NCBI RefSeq assembly: GCF_009914755.1
Contig: NC_060941.1
DNA: 64,000 bases
Source: the human T2T-CHM13v2.0 reference genome, Homo sapiens
Reading direction: 5' to 3' (one strand)
In this document: positions 48,666 to 64,000 of the stretch, in pieces
Layout of the letters: each line of letters opens with the position of its first letter
Numbering within the stretch: the stretch's first letter is position 1
Notes under the pieces: model-generated
Databases searched by the model: none
Seen by the model: the letters and a program-made list of their open reading frames with translations, nothing else
What the model was told of the DNA's origin: nothing
Made by a program: the position numbers and the translations under genes

Positions 48666-49219
48666 ATGCCTTGATGCTGGAGAGCTTTGAGCAGTTTCCT
48701 TGGCGGTGTTGGGGCAGCAAGGGAACAGTCTGGGGCAGAGCCTGTGCCTCAGTCTTCTCATCTCTTAACTGGGGAGGGTCATGTAATACCCAACCCCAGG
48801 TGCTTGTGACGATTAACTGGGGTGGGCAGTGCTTAACATAATGCCTGGGAACGAGGACTGGTGGGCCTAGCTGTGCCCCACCCTCCAGCCACATCCAAGC
48901 CCCAGCACAGCAAGGTGCTCCCAGATGCCACTCCAGCCCCTGGTCAGAGCGCAGCTGTCCAGGAAGCAAGCTCAGTCTAGAGTGCCACTCCTTCGACGAC
49001 CAGACCCCAACACAAGCCTGATGTAGAAGCCACTTGCTTCAGGTAGCTCTAAATGTACTGTCTCATACCATGGCTTAAAAAAAAAAAATCCAGGATGAGT
49101 TAAAAGTGTTCGTGGTTTCATCACCTAGCCAAGGTTAATGTCTGGGTCTTCCGTTTCTAGCCAGAGAACTGGAAACAAATCACTGTTTTGCTAGGAGCTT
49201 TGCATGACCTCACGCCCTA

Positions 49220-49325
49220 GGCTGCCGGGTCCTGGGCTGTCCTGATGGGCTGTGAAATCCCACCCACTCCCAGGGCTGCCGGGTCCTGGGCTGTCCTGAT
49301 GGGCTGTGAAATCCCACCCACTCCC
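49220..49325. repeat. 54-bp tandem duplication
   Basis: GGCTGCCGGGTCCTGGGCTGTCCTGATGGGCTGTGAAATCCCACCCACTCCC starts at 49220 and again at 49274; identical over 52 nt. Confidence 0.9.
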
Positions 49326-49786
49326 CTCCCCGCGAGGCAAGGACAGCCTCTGCCCTGCCTGCCTGGGAGCACGGTATGGGCTTGCCTAGGCCTCAGTGTC
49401 TTAACACTGTGGTGACTCAAATTCCTTGTTTTACCTTCACCAAGTAACCCAGAGCCAGGATCCTTGATGACTCTGGTAAGGCAGTGACTACCCCTGCTCA
49501 GAATGCAAGGGTCGCTAGGGAAGATTTTAGAAAAAAAAAAAGGACTCCAAAAATGGAGAATCTAAATGTAGTCCTTTGAAAATGTCACCCATAGATCCTC
49601 TACCACTAACTGTAATAAATTTGACCAAATAGCATTTCCTTTTTGTAAATCCACTTGTACGCACTTCTCTTCAGGAATACTTAGCTGTGGGATTGTCCTC
49701 AAAGGGGGACCATTTATTCCCGTAGAGCTGACCTGTTCAGCTCGTTTCCGTATCTGCTAATATTTAAAAAAGCAAACAAAAAAACA

Positions 49787-50455
<669 letters not shown>

Positions 50456-50719
50456 TAATCAGGATATATATATAATCTTAATTCCTTGAGAAAGCTAAGG
50501 TTGTAGTGGAGAAAACCCAGGTGTGTTCCAAAGACAAACACCGGTGACTCTGGTGACCTGCACTGGGTCATCTCTGCATTGCTTGCCGAATTCCTGAGAC
50601 GATAAGACCAATCAGTTCAGTGGGCTGCGGCCTCTGGCAGGCAGGGAGGCCACTGGGGCTCGCTTGCGTGGGTTTCAGAAGGAACCTTTCAGGTTCAGAC
50701 TGCAGGCCAGACCCTGACT

Positions 50720-51278
50720 CTATATTAGTGTTTTCCAGAGGGACAGAACCAATAGGCTGTATGTAATATATAGAAAGCGAGTTAATTAGGGAGAAGTGGC
50801 TCACAGGATTACAAGGTGAAGTCCCAGAATAGGCCATCTACAAGCTGTGGAAAGAAGCCGGTAGCATAGCTGAGTCCAAGTCCAAAAGCCTCAAAACCAG
50901 AAAGCCCACAGTGCAGCCTTCAGTCTGTGGCAGAAGGCTCCAGGAAGCTGCTGGTGCAAGTCCCAGAGTCCAAATGCCGAAGAACCTGGAGTCTGATGTC
51001 CAACAGCAGAGAAGAGGAAGCAAGCATCTGGCACGGAAGAGGGAGAGGGCTGGAGAAGACTCAGCAAGGTGCTCATCCCCCTTCTTCCACCTGTTGTTCT
51101 GGCCGTGCTGGCAGCTGATTGGATGGTACCCACCCACATTGAGGGTAGGTCTTCCTTTCTCAGTCCACCGAGTCATGTCACTCTCCTCTGGCAACACCCT
51201 TACAGACACCCAGAAAAAATACCAGCCATCTCGGCATCCCTTAATCTAGTGAAGTTGACACCTAACATTAACCACTGC
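50720..51278. mobile_element. MLT2 (ERVL) LTR
   Basis: TCCAGAGGGACAGAACCAATAGG...GAGTCCAAAT...GAAGAACCTGGAGTCTGATGTCC...AAGTTGACACCTAACATTAACCA, typical of MLT2. Confidence 0.7.
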
Positions 51279-52248
51279 ACCAACACCACCTGTGTGTGAG
51301 CTGGTGGTCTAAGGTGGGGATGGGGTGCACAGATCTGTCCCTGGTAGGGACGGTCAACAGGTGAGTGGCAACACCCTGGTGAGCATATTGAGCTGGGGCC
51401 ACCTGTGTTCCAGTCCAAGAAACCTGGAGATCCAGCTGAATGTGAACATCCCAGGTCTTCGGCCGGATTCTATAAGAGGCAGGTGGTGAATTCATCCCAA
51501 AGGGCAGTGGGGTCTCTGCCCAGTGTCTCAAAAGCCAGTGCCTCCAGGTGCGGGCCCCAGCGCTGTTGGGCACATTGAGCCTGGCTCTGGGGAGTGGGGG
51601 AGCCGGATGTTGGTGACAAGGCTTATTTTTAATTCTGGATGCTCTAAGTATCCGGGGTGGGATCAGGCAGAGACTCCTCAACTGCTACAAGTTGTGTGGG
51701 GTGGTCTCGTTTCCTCTGCTGTTAAGTGCAAGCAATCACCTGGGGAAGCATGTGCAGGACGTCAGCCAGGCTTCTTTGCCAAGATGGCAGGGAAGCCTCC
51801 AGTTACCCCATGGGCTCTCAGCATTGGTGTGGAGAGCAGGGAGGGGCTTTTTACAAAACTCTGATGGGGCTTGGGGGGACATGGCATCAGAGATTAGGTT
51901 TCAAGGCCAGGTTAGCTGCTTGGTAGAGGAAAACACTTAACCCAACAGAGCTATGGTTCCTGCACAAAAAGGACAGGAGATGCTGTCTTGCTGGCAGCAG
52001 GAGGTTGAAACCACTGTAGGTGACAGCCTGGCCAGTGCCTAGTCTCAGCTAGATCCATCAAGGGGGGGGCGGGGGGGGTCCATTTTCTTTTCCTTGGTTT
52101 TGCATTGCACAAGCTGCAGATGTGGCTCAACACAGGGACTAAAAACCCTTCCAGTCAACGTTGACGGGGTAGGATGAGCTGCATGCTGCTAACCTGAGTG
52201 GGCCATCGAGAGAGACTTAGAAATTCCAACAGGTTTGATTTGTGAAGC

Positions 52249-52254
52249 TTTAAT
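52249..52254 (-). terminator. Candidate TOP3A distal poly(A) signal ATTAAA
   Basis: TTTAAT on + strand in unique sequence beyond the Alu/L1 block. Confidence 0.45.
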
Positions 52255-52519
52255 TTGCAGTCGTGCCTGACCGTAAGCCTTCACTAGAGAGCCTCAATAT
52301 GAACAAGGACACCCCATTACGGATGAGGCAACTGGGGCTCCAAGGATGAGGCTGCACACCCAGGGTGGCAGAAGAGGCCAGGAAGTGGGAGCTGAGCCTG
52401 GGTCTGTCTGATCTCAGATGCCTGGCCCAGTCCATGGTGCAGCCCAATCCTGCAGTTTGCTTTTGAGACACACAGTTGCCTGCAGAGATGTGAAAACCAC
52501 AAAGGCATCTGATATCCAG

Positions 52520-53830
<1,311 letters not shown>

Positions 53831-54444
53831 CCCCGGAGCTGGGATAGGCAAAATCACACACGCAGGGCCACAACCCACACCCACTCGGAGATGTTCCAGG
53901 AACAATCTCAGGAACCTGCATTTGTAAAAATCCTCCCCAATACCCCATCAGAACACAGAGCCACTGGTCTATGGGCCAGGAGCCCAAGACCTGAGAACAA
54001 TCCTAGTTTCTTCAACAACTAGCAACATGACTGGGCAACTCACACCCACCTCTGCTCATCTTCTAAACTGTAAATCAGAGTCCATATGGCTTGTATTATT
54101 CACAAGGTTTTTGTGAAGGCAAACGGGGGAACATGGCCACCACTGGAAAAAGTGGAAGATGGAAAGTTAGTGATCTGAATCTGAACCTTTCATTAGACAT
54201 CTCTGCTCTGAGGGACCATCTGTGGGGTGAGAAGAAATTGGGCTCAGTGCTTACCATGTGGAAAGGGAGGAAGGGCTCTCCACATGGGACACAAGGGACA
54301 GCCATGAAGGACAGAGGCTGACGAGACCTCCCAGGGTGAGCTCCTTCCAGCACTGGCTGGTACCTGTTGCTTCTGCAAATGTTCCCCAGACCCTCTGCAC
54401 TCTCGCAGGTCAGAGTAAAAAAAGGTTGGATTCTTTCATTTTAA

Positions 54445-55042
<598 letters not shown>

Positions 55043-55049
55043 TGGGTTC

Positions 55050-55055
55050 TTTATT
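55050..55055 (-). terminator. TOP3A proximal poly(A) signal AATAAA
   Basis: TTTATT on + strand, about 550 nt downstream of the TOP3A stop. Confidence 0.55.
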
Positions 55056-55607
55056 AAAGCAATGAATTCTGGATGTCCTGGCTTAACTAGATTAAGAGGG
55101 AATGAAGCTTCTTCTGAAGGATCAGTGTTACCACAGCCATTTCCTTGCATTACACCGTCCTTCTCAGGACGTCTATGAGAAGCCCTGGGCAGCCTGGACA
55201 GGGACTGCCCCATGAGTGCTGGTGGCTCACTTGGGGCTTTCTGCAGGTGAAGGAAGCAGCCCTGGGAGCTTCTTCCTTTGGCACACAGTGGGCTTCAGCT
55301 GGGACTGCACCAATCCTCTGCTAACAGCAACCATCCTTGGGGGGTCCGAGGGAGCAGCTGCGTGACTTTTCAGCAGTGGCTATGGTCACTCCTGAGGCCT
55401 GGGAAGAGGGTCACTGTCCAGCAGAGCTGGCCTGCTCCAGAGTGATCTGGACCTTGTGCCCCTTAACACAAGAAGGCCCGACTCCAAAGGCCAACACTGT
55501 CCTCTAAGTTTCCAGGACACTAAATGGCCACTTGGTCCTGGTTAACTCATTTCTAAACACAAAGGGGACAGGTCTGAGAAAGTGGCGTTCTCTACCCTAC
55601 CCTGAGC

Positions 55608-63647
<8,040 letters not shown>

Positions 63648-63904
63648 CTGAAGAAAAGGCAAAGACAGACACCCATCAGCCAGCAATCGCTGCAAAGGCA
63701 CCTACAACACTCTTACATGCACACAACAGGCGTGACCTTGAGAACCAGCTGGTCAGTGAGCCGCAGGCCTCCTGCAGAGAACAGACGGCAGACAGAAGAC
63801 TGAGCTCACCATGGGCCCTGGTGCCGAACCAACTCTTGGGAGGAGAGTCCAGATACAGGCAGATGCTTCTGCTTGTCACCAGCCCACATTAAAAAGTAAA
63901 ACTG

Positions 63905-64000
63905 GGCCAAATGTGGTGGCTCACGCCTGTAATCCCAGGCCGAGGCGGGCGGATCACCTGAGGTTGTAATTTCGAGACCAGCCTGACCAACATGGTGAAA
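63905..64000 (+). mobile_element. Alu 5' part, truncated by the window end
   Basis: GGCCAAATGTGGTGGCTCACGCCTGTAATCCCAG... Confidence 0.85.

Noticed and set aside
48612-49325. Short direct repeats resembling a CRISPR-like array
   Set aside because: Only two abutting copies each, with no unique spacers; ordinary eukaryotic tandem duplications.

Overview
Human genomic DNA from 17p11.2 (Smith-Magenis/Potocki-Lupski interval); GC-rich, gene-dense and Alu-rich. Exon structures were rebuilt by hand from splice sites and reading frame. LLGL1 (+) has 22 coding exons summing to 3195 nt (1064 aa) plus a non-coding last exon. FLII (-) has 30 exons summing to 3810 nt (1269 aa). MIEF2/SMCR7 (+) has 3 coding exons summing to 1365 nt (454 aa). 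The last four exons of TOP3A (-) are also present. LLGL1 and FLII are tail-to-tail with overlapping poly(A) regions, FLII and MIEF2 are head-to-head, and MIEF2 and TOP3A converge. Most entries in the ORF track are Alu, antisense or GC-rich artefacts. I found no evidence for a wholly new gene system. The most notable observations are a U12-type minor intron in LLGL1, a 28-bp strand-asymmetric RNA hairpin in LLGL1 intron 16, a palindromic bidirectional poly(A) zone shared by LLGL1 and FLII, stop-free in-frame introns and an intragenic CpG island in FLII, and inverted-Alu arrangements in TOP3A. Repeat boundaries and subfamilies are by-eye estimates.
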